Below, one piece after another: positions 9,101 to 19,000 of a stretch of 44,755 bases of DNA. Within the stretch, counting starts at the first letter, position 1; each line of letters begins with the position of its first letter. Both the position numbers and the translations under genes were made by a program. The stretch lies in the sequence record SRR31156797_6660. The stretch is one strand, 5' to 3'. The notes under the pieces are model-generated. The model saw nothing but the letters and a program-made list of their open reading frames with translations, had not been told where the DNA came from and made no database searches.

Positions 9101-11064
9101 ATACAATTGCAGGATTTCCTTACGAATACATCTTTAATGATGATCCGGACAGCAATATAGTTATTGAGCCACAGGTAAATGAACAAATTCTCTCAACATT
9201 GCGGCAAGGACATGCAACAGCGCTTGTTAATGCTAAGGCTACTGCGCTCGTAAATGCACAGGCTACAGCACTTGTAAATTTCAGCTGCTTAATATCTGCC
9301 ACTGCCCTGGTTAACACAAATGGTCTGATCGATATCGAACTTGATGACCCGGAAACGTTGTTCGACAGCACTGCACTCTCCAATGGAGCTGCCACAGCAC
9401 TGGTAAACGGCGCATCCTCGACTATCTTGAGGGCAACAGCACTGGTTAACGGTCAGGCAACAGCGCTGGTTAATGGCCAGGCTACAGCACTTGTGAACGC
9501 ACGGTCGCTTGTACACGCTACGGCACTGGTCAACACCATCACCATTAACGGAAACAGCAACTCGGATGCTCTCATCATTCTGGGTGAAGAAGATATAAAT
9601 ATCCTTGCCGGAGAATCGCAGGGTGACATAACGCTGGTTGCGATGAACCTTCTTCCGACGGACGATGCAGGAGAACACTGGATCATACCGGGAACTTATC
9701 TATCTGCTAATTTTAATGTTTCATACGAAACTGGAACATATACAATATTACCCGCTGAAGCAGATGTGATCTTTGAAGAAAACACACTTAGTAAAACATA
9801 TGATGGCTTGCCGGCCCAGGTTGTGCTTTCCACTGATCCTGAAGAACTGAATGTTGACATAGATTACCAGGGAATGCCAGGAGCACCAAAGGATGCAGGA
9901 AGCTATACAGTGAACGCCACTGTGAATGAAACCAATTTTACGGGTACTTCATCGGCTGTATTAAATATTTATCCCTCTTCAGTTGGTGTTACTATTGATG
10001 ATGCTCAAAAAGCATATGGACAGCCTGATCCTTCCTTCTCATGGCAAATTACGTCAGGTGAATTATTCGGTGATGATTCCATCACAGGATTTGTTGAACG
10101 GGAAGCGGGTGAAGATTCAGGTATATATAGCATTGTTGGGCCCACGTTGGCAACCGAAAGCAATTATATCCTGGAGGTGGTACCGGGTACGTTTAATATT
10201 GAAAAGGCCCAATTAATTATTTCTGTTAGTACTGATTACATTTTTGAAGGCGATCCATTGCCTGAATTAACATACGGCTTCAACACTTTTGTAAATGGTG
10301 ATGACGAATCCGTGTTGTCCGGGCTCACCTATGTGCTTAGTCCGAATTTCAATGGAAACCCGGGAACTTATGAAGCGATTCCACAGGCCTCAGCTATCAA
10401 TTATGAAATTGTTCCTGAAAGCGGGTTTTTATACGTCAATCCATCCGGACCAGGAACCAAGCACATCATACCAAAGTTGTCATGTGTGGAGCAATTGCCT
10501 CAGGGCGAGGAATTCGATTACATGGCTCATTTTTACTACGAGAACAAAAATAATTCGGATGTATTCATTCCTAAAGGTGAGGATAATTTAATGGCAAGCC
10601 AGGGATTATTTGATGATACCGGCCAACCTGAACTATTCATTTCCGGTGGAGGTTCTTTCACCATTCCATTTGATGGTACTGACCTCACCTGGGTGGTAGC
10701 AAGTTATAATCACAAAGGACAAAAAACATCTCAGGGACAAACGGCAAATGCCGGTTCCAACAGCTGCTTCAAAACAGCTGGTTTTGATGGTAATGACCAA
10801 AACATATCAGCCTTTGATAAAGTTTATGCTTATCCAAATCCAACCACCGGAACGGTTTATCTAACCCTAAATGATGATTTGATGGCTTCCGGACAGATTC
10901 ATATTAGAGTTTTGAATAACTATGGAAGGGTTGTTTACAGCGAATCAAAGGCAACCGGAAGCAATTTACTTGAGATCAACCTGAGCGGGATGAATGACGG
11001 ATTATTCCTGATTATGCTGAAAGGAAAATCATCACAGTACACACTGCATATGATTAAAAATTGA
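6181..11064 (+). CDS. Secreted S8/S53-like serine peptidase with MBG-like domains, internal ATALVN repeats and T9SS type A sorting domain
   Basis: Signal ending LRA|Q; peptidase motifs GVKIGVLSDS, DEGRAMLQIIHDIAP, AAGN, KPDFSGP and FFGTSAAAPHIAGVAAL; MBG-like units (K.YG..P, G.LTI); C-terminal YAYPNPTTG...G.F.I. Confidence 0.85.
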   Translation: MKTAKNNLVILRNALYCLLIIVFSGFTTLRAQEDCTLEKFHGQGFSTAITSVEEVDDSRYNVVLTVKHDGCAGKCKAMAHYSIEALPDTYSDVVITVITGSFNYQNINRGPDLGNDPFTGFRINGTAGFGNGTPGEFTVAYTLTGGLQDQQALVKAGNKLLIVSFTAEDFQSVLECGSPNIFPYYQPPEGGKLVNSLIGPELTSLHEVFINGFPVVTDNIFQIDGDNVLIRVFANSGQYNDLLTLLSSPDYGLEDSNGIPGLLSISGWFPIANLLLLNDLPLLINYARPEYTPQSNSGIVTSQGDTSIRSNIARSAFNLSGEGVKIGVLSDSYNKKIGNPANDDILKGDLPGIGFNPDGDSVPNPVNSTNVEVLKDYPFSASDEGRAMLQIIHDIAPKSDLAFRTGFLNPVDFAQGILELRDAGCDVIVDDITYISEPFFNDGVVSAAVNQVKTSGVSFVTAAGNYGDKSYQSTFSGTTPPPGIIGEAHNFAAGSGNDIYQSVSVPEGNYTLVLQWDDGSQPGASSTDMDIYLSKDDGSTLFGFNRVNTGGDPVEVLPFSVGPGGAQTNILIVKASGLENVELKYIVFRGELAMNEYGNAAGSTIIGHANAEGAMTVGAVLYSNTPEYGINPPTIASFSSQGGMITEGSNRMKPDFSGPNGVNTTVDFGSVNYEGDPFPNFFGTSAAAPHIAGVAALLIEATNKFYDTGLNPDALKQILQTTAIDMGNPGYDVISGYGFVQADAALLSLANPSPVISGLIYDTTLVPGQDSIPVTLLGNYLTSESEIYFNGQPLLSGTENLGDTAISGIIYPFPDLYPEIQAYNPPKSGTNGTDGGLSNPAYFSEKESILIDIGDKSKKYGEILPEFSALNYQLVSVDGSISLDSSNLTQAEKDRIYSVPFVAPNVSALSNAGLWAITASPDDPLNPVSEIPPTDTLDISLLNRYNFVFRNGLLTINKLDLLIRPQDTTFTYGDTIAGFPYEYIFNDDPDSNIVIEPQVNEQILSTLRQGHATALVNAKATALVNAQATALVNFSCLISATALVNTNGLIDIELDDPETLFDSTALSNGAATALVNGASSTILRATALVNGQATALVNGQATALVNARSLVHATALVNTITINGNSNSDALIILGEEDINILAGESQGDITLVAMNLLPTDDAGEHWIIPGTYLSANFNVSYETGTYTILPAEADVIFEENTLSKTYDGLPAQVVLSTDPEELNVDIDYQGMPGAPKDAGSYTVNATVNETNFTGTSSAVLNIYPSSVGVTIDDAQKAYGQPDPSFSWQITSGELFGDDSITGFVEREAGEDSGIYSIVGPTLATESNYILEVVPGTFNIEKAQLIISVSTDYIFEGDPLPELTYGFNTFVNGDDESVLSGLTYVLSPNFNGNPGTYEAIPQASAINYEIVPESGFLYVNPSGPGTKHIIPKLSCVEQLPQGEEFDYMAHFYYENKNNSDVFIPKGEDNLMASQGLFDDTGQPELFISGGGSFTIPFDGTDLTWVVASYNHKGQKTSQGQTANAGSNSCFKTAGFDGNDQNISAFDKVYAYPNPTTGTVYLTLNDDLMASGQIHIRVLNNYGRVVYSESKATGSNLLEINLSGMNDGLFLIMLKGKSSQYTLHMIKN
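9214..9534 (+). repeat. Nine in-frame ATALVN hexapeptide repeats plus one degenerate STALSN
   Basis: Translation ...HATALVNAKATALVNAQATALVNFSCLISATALVN...AATALVN...RATALVNGQATALVNGQATALVN...HATALVN. The DNA copies differ at third codon positions. Confidence 0.95.
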
Positions 11065-11157
11065 TCATATTGAACAGAAATAATTCAGGCAAATGAATGG
11101 CCCGGGTTGATGTTCCTGATAATAATATATAAAGTGTTCGAATCAAAAATTAAACAA

Positions 11158-13167
11158 ATGGATAAAAGGAAAGTGGCAATCTTGATCGCCTTATTGAGTT
11201 TTCTAACAATAGCCAATGCACAAGATCCAAACATCGACAGTATGTATTCCAATGTCATGGTTGCCGAAAATGACACCAATAAGGTGAATTCGCTGATTGA
11301 CCTCAGCAGCAACTATTACCGCACTGAACCGGAAAAAGCCATTGAATTTGGCACCATGGCCAAGAATCTGGCAGAAAAGCTTGAATACACTTCAGGCCTG
11401 GCATATTCACTAAAGAGCATAGGAATGGGCTATTATTTTCTGGGTGATTATTTGCAGTGTGTGTTGTACTGGCAACAATCGCTGGAAGAATTTGAAAATA
11501 TGGGTGATAAAACAGGCATGTCGAATATGCTGAATAATTTGGGAGCCGTTTATTTCAACGAAGGTGACGACAGCAAAGCCATTGAGAATTATATCGAATC
11601 CCTGCGTGTTTCGGAGGAAATTGGCGACACCCTGCGCATGGCTACCGCTCTCGTTAATATTGGAGCTGTTTACAACAATAAACCAGCAACTTACGACATG
11701 GCAATTCAGTACTATATGAAAGCTTTGCCTTTGAGCGAAGCATTGGGAAATAATGATGCTATCGGTACCTGCGCAGTAAATATGGGCGGAATTTACCTTG
11801 AAACTGGTGATGATGAATCTGCGCTGTTTTATCTTGAAAAAGCGCTTGATGCCTACGAAAATTCAGAAACGGGCAATTTACCTTATGCACTCAACAGTAT
11901 TGGAAAAGTTTATATGAAGCGTGGTGACTTTCAGAAAGCGATTTCATATCAAAAACAAGCCCTGGACCTGGCAGAAAAGTTTGGAGCCAAGCTTGAGATG
12001 TCACAGGTTCTTCTGGGCCTTGCCAATACCCACGAAGAAAAAGGAGATTTACAGGTGGCTATTGATAACTACCATCAGGCCGAAAATTTATCATTGGAAA
12101 TTGGCGCCAGTTATGAGTTAAAAAATGCTTACGAAGGTCTTGCAAATTCGTATGCCTTAATGCCCGATTTTGAAAATGCCTACAAATATCAAACTCTGCT
12201 ATCATCCATAAAGGATACACTTTACAATTCAGAAATGGATAAAAAGATTCATTCCCTCACATTAAATTTTGATATCGAAAGGCAAAAAGGTGAAATAGAT
12301 CTTCTCACCAAGGATAAGGCATTGAGAGAGCTCGATTTACGTCGGCAAAAAACCATCAGGAATGCAACGGCCCTCACAGGGATTTTGATTCTTTTACTGA
12401 CAATCGGGTTGTTTAACAGGTACAAATATGTACGCAAAACCAACAGGATCATTGAGGATGAAAAAGAGCGTTCAGACAAGCTGTTGCTCAACATTCTGCC
12501 TGAAGAAACTGCTGAAGAGCTTAAACAAAAAGGATCGGCAACACCAAAACACTATGACAAGGTATCTGTACTCTTCACAGACTTTAAAGGCTTTACTAAA
12601 ATTGCAGAAAAACTAACACCTCAGGAACTCGTTCAAGAACTTAACCATTGTTTTATGAAATTTGATGAGATCATCGATAAATATAACCTTGAAAAGATAA
12701 AAACAATCGGTGATGCATACATGTGTGCAGGTGGAATTCCGGTAATGAATGATACAAACCCTGTGGATATTGTAAATGCTGGACTTGAAATTAAAAAATA
12801 CATGGAAGATCTGAGAGAAGAAAGAGAATCAAAGGGACAAGAATACTGGGAGCTACGCATTGGTATCCATACAGGACCAGTGATTGCAGGTGTGGTTGGC
12901 AAAAATAAATTTGCCTATGACATCTGGGGTGATGCAGTTAATACGGCCAGTCGTATGGAATCAAGCGGAATCCCCGGGAAGGTAAACATTTCCGGCGCAA
13001 CCCATGCCTTGATTTCTGAACAGTTTGAATGTACCTACCGTGGAAAAATTCAGGCCAAGAACAAGGGAGAAATTGACATGTACATTGTGGACAAACAGAA
13101 AATACACGATATCAGTGATTCCGAAAACGCTTTTGAAAGATTAGGTGTAATATATCATAATTCATAA
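11158..13167 (+). CDS. Membrane-anchored class III adenylate cyclase with extracytoplasmic TPR sensor region
   Basis: Signal ending ANA|Q; several TPR repeats (NNLGAVY, VNIGAVY, NSIGKVY); one TM helix (ATALTGILILLLTIGLF); cyclase motifs LLLNILP, FTDFKGFT, EKIKTIGDAYM and YDIWGDAVNTASRMES. The Lys and Asp specificity residues favour ATP. Start placed at MDKRK (11158). Confidence 0.9.
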   Translation: MDKRKVAILIALLSFLTIANAQDPNIDSMYSNVMVAENDTNKVNSLIDLSSNYYRTEPEKAIEFGTMAKNLAEKLEYTSGLAYSLKSIGMGYYFLGDYLQCVLYWQQSLEEFENMGDKTGMSNMLNNLGAVYFNEGDDSKAIENYIESLRVSEEIGDTLRMATALVNIGAVYNNKPATYDMAIQYYMKALPLSEALGNNDAIGTCAVNMGGIYLETGDDESALFYLEKALDAYENSETGNLPYALNSIGKVYMKRGDFQKAISYQKQALDLAEKFGAKLEMSQVLLGLANTHEEKGDLQVAIDNYHQAENLSLEIGASYELKNAYEGLANSYALMPDFENAYKYQTLLSSIKDTLYNSEMDKKIHSLTLNFDIERQKGEIDLLTKDKALRELDLRRQKTIRNATALTGILILLLTIGLFNRYKYVRKTNRIIEDEKERSDKLLLNILPEETAEELKQKGSATPKHYDKVSVLFTDFKGFTKIAEKLTPQELVQELNHCFMKFDEIIDKYNLEKIKTIGDAYMCAGGIPVMNDTNPVDIVNAGLEIKKYMEDLREERESKGQEYWELRIGIHTGPVIAGVVGKNKFAYDIWGDAVNTASRMESSGIPGKVNISGATHALISEQFECTYRGKIQAKNKGEIDMYIVDKQKIHDISDSENAFERLGVIYHNS

Positions 13168-13188
13168 ATACAGCTGGTGGTAACCGGA

Positions 13189-14577
13189 TTATTTCCCGAT
13201 ACAAAACTTACTAAAAATATTCCCCAGGATTTCGTCTGTAGTAACTTCACCGGTTATGGAACCCAGGTGGTGCAATGCCTGCCGTATGTCGGTAGCAATA
13301 AGATCTGAGGGAATTCCTTTTTCAAAACCCTGCTCCACTTCTTCGATGGCCGTTAAGGATTTAGACAGAGCTTCGTAATGCCGCGTGTTTGAAACAATGG
13401 TATTGTCGGTGACCTGGTCGGTATTCACAGATTTTAGGAGGCTGTCGGAGATCAGGTTTATATTTTCTTTGCGTTTTGCTGAAACAAAAAGTGTTTCCTG
13501 TTCAACCAGGTCTTTAAATCCTTTTGGGATTTCCACAAGTTGGTCAATTTTATTCCCGATAAGGATTATTCGTTTGGTTGGGTCCTCAATAAAATGCTTG
13601 TGTTCATCCAAAATCTCTTTCACCCTGGTGATATCACATTTGGCCACATCAAAAACAAACAGGATAATTTTTGCCTGTTTGATTTTCTCCATTGTGCGCT
13701 CAATGCCAATATTTTCGATTTTATCTTCGGAAGCTCTTAATCCGGCAGTGTCAATAAACCGGAAGGCCACACCATCGATGATAATGGTATCTTCAATGCT
13801 GTCGCGGGTTGTACCGGGAATATCCGAAACGATGGCTTTTTCTTCCTGCAAAATAGTGTTGAGCAACGTTGATTTCCCCACGTTGGGCCTGCCTATGATG
13901 GCAACCGGAATGCCATGCTTCAACACATTGCCGATTGAAAAAGATTTGAGCAATGCTGAAATCTCAGTTTTTAACTGCGACAGGATTTCAAGAAATTTTG
14001 ACCGATCGGCAAACTCCACATCCTCTTCGGCAAAATCAAGTTCCAGTTCGATGAGTGAGGCAAAATCAACTATTTGCTGTCGCAATTCTTTTATCTTACC
14101 GGAGAACCCTCCGCGCATCTGATCCAGAGCCAGGTCGTGTGAATATTTCGAGTTAGAGGCAATCAGGTCGGCCACAGCTTCGGCCTGAGAAAGGTCGAAC
14201 TTCCCATTTAAAAATGCCCGCATCGTAAACTCGCCCGCGTCCGCCATTCGGGCACCTTTCCTAATCAACAGCTCAATAATTTTTTGCTGAATATAGGGGG
14301 AGCCATGGCATGAAATCTCTACCGCGTCATCACCAGTGTAAGATTTTGGGTTTTTAAAAATTGATACCAGCACCTCATCAATAATCTCACTTCCATCCAC
14401 AATATTGCCGTAATGAATGGTGTGCGATTTTGCTTGTTGTAATTTAAGTCTGGAATTTGTAGCATCGAAAATTCCTTTAACTATTGAGAAAGTTTCGGGC
14501 CCGGAAAGTCGTATCACTGAAATTGCACCTGCTCCCGACGATGTGGCAAGTGCACAAATTGTATCTTGTGTATTCAT
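13189..14577 (-). CDS. mnmE: tRNA modification GTPase MnmE (TrmE)
   Basis: DTICALAT, GEFTMRAFLNGKFDLSQAEAV, GRPNVGKS, GTTRD, DTAG, NKID and C-terminal FCIGK. Confidence 0.98.
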   Translation of the reverse strand: MNTQDTICALATSSGAGAISVIRLSGPETFSIVKGIFDATNSRLKLQQAKSHTIHYGNIVDGSEIIDEVLVSIFKNPKSYTGDDAVEISCHGSPYIQQKIIELLIRKGARMADAGEFTMRAFLNGKFDLSQAEAVADLIASNSKYSHDLALDQMRGGFSGKIKELRQQIVDFASLIELELDFAEEDVEFADRSKFLEILSQLKTEISALLKSFSIGNVLKHGIPVAIIGRPNVGKSTLLNTILQEEKAIVSDIPGTTRDSIEDTIIIDGVAFRFIDTAGLRASEDKIENIGIERTMEKIKQAKIILFVFDVAKCDITRVKEILDEHKHFIEDPTKRIILIGNKIDQLVEIPKGFKDLVEQETLFVSAKRKENINLISDSLLKSVNTDQVTDNTIVSNTRHYEALSKSLTAIEEVEQGFEKGIPSDLIATDIRQALHHLGSITGEVTTDEILGNIFSKFCIGK

Positions 14578-14606
14578 AACGCTAACTATTTGGTGACCAA
14601 GAATAA

Positions 14607-14614
14607 CAAAGTTA
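14607..14614 (-). promoter_or_regulatory. -7 promoter box for mnmE
   Basis: TAACTTTG on the minus strand, 30 nt upstream of the ATG. Confidence 0.55.
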
Positions 14615-14677
14615 TGAAAAGTTTAACATCTGGTGATTGTAGAGATTAAAATTCAGGTTTTACAAAATGGCAGCGGC

Positions 14678-14823
14678 AAATGACATCCTAACAGCGGGAG
14701 GACTAATTACACTCGAACGAAGTGAGAGTATTCGACGCACGAGGTGCAAATTATATCCGAACGCAGTGAGGATAAATGTCCTCTCAGCAATGCGAAAAGA
14801 AATTACGCCGAACGCTGTGAGGT
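14678..14823. repeat. Cluster of REP-like hairpin repeats (3 clear, 1-2 degenerate)
   Basis: AATTAC-ACTC-GAACGAAGTGA-GAGT (14705-14729), AATTAT-ATCC-GAACGCAGTGA-GGAT (14749-14773) and AATTAC-GCC-GAACGCTGTGA-GGT (14801-14823). Confidence 0.7.
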
Positions 14824-14872
14824 ACATCTCCCTTAAAAAACCTTAATTCATCATACTAAAAATCAAAACTCG

Positions 14873-14880
14873 TACTTTTG
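14873..14880 (+). promoter_or_regulatory. -7 promoter box for sucD
   Basis: TACTTTTG 35 nt upstream of the ATG, followed by an A-rich leader. Confidence 0.6.
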
Positions 14881-14915
14881 CGCAAAATTGAAAAAACAAA
14901 CAAAAAACGTGTATC

Positions 14916-15785
14916 ATGAGTGTTTTGGTAGATAAGAATTCAAAAATTATTATCCAGGGATTTACAGGATCAGAAGGTACGTTTCATGCCAGCCAGATGA
15001 TTGAGTACGGAACCAATGTTGTTGGCGGTGTCACGCCCGGAAAGGGCAGGCAGTCTCACCTGGGTAAACCGGTTTTCAATACGGTAAAAGACGCCGTAAA
15101 TGAAACCGGCGCCAATGTTTCTGTAATCTTCGTACCTCCGGCCTTTGCCGGTGATGCTATTATGGAAGCAGCAGAGGCAGGAATCAAAGTGATCGTTTGT
15201 ATCACAGAAGGCATTCCTACCAAAGATATGATCATGGTAAAAGAATTTTTAAAAGACAAAGAGGCCCGGCTTGTCGGGCCAAACTGCCCGGGAGTTATTA
15301 CACCTGGTGAAGCCAAGGTTGGAATCATGCCGGGATTTATTCACGAACCCGGCCGTGTAGGGATCGTTTCCCGTTCAGGCACTCTGACGTATGAAGCGGT
15401 GGATCAACTTACCAAAGCAGGCCTCGGCCAAACCACAGCTATCGGAATTGGTGGTGACCCCATCATCGGCACAACCACTAAAGACGCAGTTGAACTTTTA
15501 ATGAATGATCCAAAAACTGAAGGTATCGTAATGATTGGCGAGATTGGTGGAACCATGGAAGCTGAAGCGGCCAATTACGTAAAAGAAAATGGCACCAAGC
15601 CTGTTGTTGGATTTATTGCCGGGGCAACCGCTCCCAAGGGACGTACCATGGGTCATGCCGGAGCTATCATTGGTGGTAAAGATGATACAGCCGAAGCCAA
15701 GAAGGCCATTATGCGGGACTGTGGCATTCACGTCGTGGATTCACCTGCCGACATTGGCACAAAAATGGCCGAATTGTTGAATTAA
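14916..15785 (+). CDS. sucD: Succinyl-CoA ligase alpha subunit
   Basis: [34 protein letters not shown] and the phospho-His motif MGHAGAI. Confidence 0.98.
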   Translation: MSVLVDKNSKIIIQGFTGSEGTFHASQMIEYGTNVVGGVTPGKGRQSHLGKPVFNTVKDAVNETGANVSVIFVPPAFAGDAIMEAAEAGIKVIVCITEGIPTKDMIMVKEFLKDKEARLVGPNCPGVITPGEAKVGIMPGFIHEPGRVGIVSRSGTLTYEAVDQLTKAGLGQTTAIGIGGDPIIGTTTKDAVELLMNDPKTEGIVMIGEIGGTMEAEAANYVKENGTKPVVGFIAGATAPKGRTMGHAGAIIGGKDDTAEAKKAIMRDCGIHVVDSPADIGTKMAELLN

Positions 15786-15807
15786 CACATTCTATAAAAG
15801 ATATTTG

Positions 15808-15843
15808 AAAACGGTTGGCTGCGAAAGCCAGCCGTTTTTTTTT
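15808..15843 (+). terminator. Rho-independent terminator after sucD
   Basis: AAAACGGTTGGCT-GCGAA-AGCCAGCCGTTTT followed by a T run. Confidence 0.85.
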
Positions 15844-16050
15844 GGGTAGATATCAAGCAATCACCTTCCGGAAAAGACAGGAAATATTGCTCTTTATCTG
15901 TAAAAAATCCCCATTGAGAATATTCCATTTTTTTAGGAAAAGTCAGTGCCATAGTTTAGCCCTAAATTTAATAGGCTGGTTGTGATTTAAAATTACCTAA
16001 ACCTATTAAAGAACTCTGACAACAAACAATAAAAGAAAGGAATAACCACT

Positions 16051-19000
16051 ATGTCCAAAATTTTCACATCACAAAAATGCAACAATACAAACTCCCAAAT
16101 ATGCCAGCGTAGTTTTTTCGTGTTGGTATTTTTATTCATCGCTGCTGGTTTGGCAGCGCAATGGAACACGCAGAGTCCGTACCCTACATATCTTGATGTA
16201 CGGGGTGTTGGAGCTCCAAACGAAGAGCGGGTTTTTATTGCCACAAATGATAATTCCTTCGACGACAGCGGGGCCCTGTTCGAATCGAACGATGGTGGCG
16301 AAACATGGGTTCAGCGGGATATCCCGTTTTCTCTTAACAATCCTTTAAATGGTTTGTTCTTTCTGGACAACCTGCACGGATGGACCTACGGCAATGAAAA
16401 TTACCGTACCTCAAACGGTGGAACCACCTGGACAGAAATGCCTTTCCTTGGGTCAACATATTTTATGGAATTTTATTCGACAGACTTTGGGTTAGCTACC
16501 GGAAATTTTGGAAAGTACGTAAGCTATGACGGAGGGGATTCATGGGTTGAATCACCTTTCGGAATCTTCAAATATAATTTCGTCGATGAGCTAAACGGTC
16601 TTGGAGCCTCCGACACAGCACTGTTCAGGACAACCGACGGAGGGAACAACTTCACACAGGTATATACCGGAAATGCAAAAACGGTGACATTTCTCTCAAA
16701 TACTAAAGCTGTTGCAATTGTTGATGACACGCTTTTTTTCTCTGTTGACGGTGGATATACATGGGCTCCATCAACAGGTGCTGAAGGAAGAAACAGGTTG
16801 TTCCGAATTTCGGATAATATAGTCCTGGCCTGGGGAAGAGGTGGGAGCTATCCTGATTTTGACGACCGGGTTTTCCGCTCAGAAGATGGCGGGCAGTCAT
16901 GGACTGACATGGGAGAAATTTCTACAGCAGGAGTTTTTACATTTACACAGGTTACCGGTACAACTGCAGTTGCAGCCATGCTTAACGGAGACATGTATTA
17001 TTCGGCTGATGCAGGTTCGGGATGGGCATTATCCTATGATTCTCCGGGCATACAACCCGGATATCTGAGCAGTGCAGCACCGGCCTTTGCGGATGACTCA
17101 ACCGGATATTTTGGATATGGAGCCGGATTTGTGATCAAGACAGCAGACGGAGGAGCTTCATGGAATCAAATATCCGGCGGCTCAGGGGTTTCTTTGATGG
17201 ATGCTGATAGGTTTTCCACCGGCAATTTAATCGCGGTAGGTGAGAATGGCACAGTCCTGACCAAAACTGAAACATCACCATGGATCATTCGGGAGTCCCA
17301 AACACACGAACGCCTCACTGCAGTGCAGGTTATAGGCATCGACAGCGTGGTGATGATTAGTGAGTCAGGTCAGCTTTTTTTCAGTCAGGACGGTGGCGTT
17401 AACTGGTCTGAATCCGGCGAGCCACCGAATAACTTCTACGATGCTACAGACCTACAATTTGCAAATTTCCAGGAAGGTTGGGTGATTGGATTTGGAGGTA
17501 GCTCCGGTGCATTATATCATACAGTAGATGGAGGTGAATCCTGGACCGTAGTACCTGATTTCAGCGGTGCATACAATGCAGTGGATGTTGAAGGATCAAT
17601 GGTTTGGGCTGCAAATGTGGGCGGCAACTATTATATGAGTGATGATCAGGGAGTAAACTGGACTGAAGGTGACCTGCCCGGCTCACCGCATCAGATACAG
17701 GATATGGAATTTTACAACGAAAGCACTGGATATGCTGTCGGTTGGTGGGGGCAGGTATTCCGGTCAGTTGATGGAGGTTTGAACTGGGATCAAATGTATG
17801 TGCCTGCAGACGACGATGATTTCACAGACATCTATCTTACAGGAGAAAACGAAATTTGGCTGAGTACAAACAACGACCGGGTATATTACTCGGCAACAGG
17901 CGGACAAAACTGGAGTGTCCTGGACATTGGATCAGCAGGGTATGGGAATTTCAGTGCTGTTGTGGCCAGTGAAGATGGAGACGCATGGACAGTCGGTTTT
18001 CTAGGATATATTGAACATTTTTCCGGGCCGCCAACACCTCCACTCAACAATCCGCCAACAGCATTCTTTGAATTCTCTACAGTTGGCCTGACAGTTGAAT
18101 TTACTGATACCAGTTATGATGATGACGGAGAAATCGTCAGCTGGGAATGGGATTTTGGCGACAGCACTTTTTCGTCAACGCAACATCCCGTACATACTTT
18201 CGATACGGCCAATACATACATCGTTACCCTTACGGTTACAGATGATGACCAGGATACAGATTCCTATAGTCGTGCTGTAGTAGTACAGCCCGGCCCTGGA
18301 GGTACATTTGGTGACTTTACAGAAGTAACACCGCTGGACTCACTGTTTGTTACTCCCCAGGATGAAGATTTCTGGGTGATTTCAACGGCACCTGCTGATG
18401 TGGACAATGATGGAGACCTGGATATTGCAGTATTGGGGTATTACGTAGTTTACAATGTGAGTGTGCATGAAAAACTTGTGGTGCTCAGGAATGAAGGACA
18501 GGCCGCCACAGGAGCATGGGACTTTACCTATATTAATGTGCCTATGGATACACTTTCTGCTGGAGCTTCGGATATGGAATGGGGAGATTTGGATGCAGAT
18601 GGTGATTTAGACCTTGTGGTCGGAACAAATGGCGAAACGGTGATTTTCCGAAACGATGCAGGAAGCTTCGAAAACACAGGAACAATACTTCCGGGATATT
18701 ATGAAGATAATGATCAGGCGGAATTTGATCTGCGTTCAATCAGTTTGGCTGACTACGATAATGACGGCGACCCTGATATTTTGCTGCCATCAGTATTTGA
18801 TAATGAAACCTGGTCTTACCGCACTTCATTAATGAGGAACGACGGTTCGGATGGTAATGGTGGCTGGATTTTTACGGAAACTGACTCGGTTTTTGCCCCA
18901 ACAAAACATGCTCAAAGTGAATGGGCTGACTTTGACGGTGACATGGACCTTGATCTTTTGCTTGTAAACATGTCACCGCTAACTGACGATGGTTTTATAA

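Noticed and set aside
9120-9686. Antisense ORFs with TSAVA repeats
   Set aside because: They are the mirror image of the ATALVN repeats on the coding strand.
3228-13188. Genomic island integrated at the mnmE 3' end (a known hotspot in other bacteria)
   Set aside because: I found no second copy of the mnmE tail and no integrase in the window.
13385-14122. 245-aa ORF antisense to mnmE
   Set aside because: It lies entirely within mnmE in the codon-mirrored frame, is Ser/Ile-rich and has no recognisable motif: a shadow ORF.
14678-14823. Possible mini CRISPR array
   Set aside because: The units are not identical, the intervening sequences are short and partly repeat-like, and no cas genes are present in the window. 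A REP-like hairpin cluster fits better.
14916-15785. sucD without an adjacent sucC
   Set aside because: Separate sucC and sucD loci are common in Bacteroidota.
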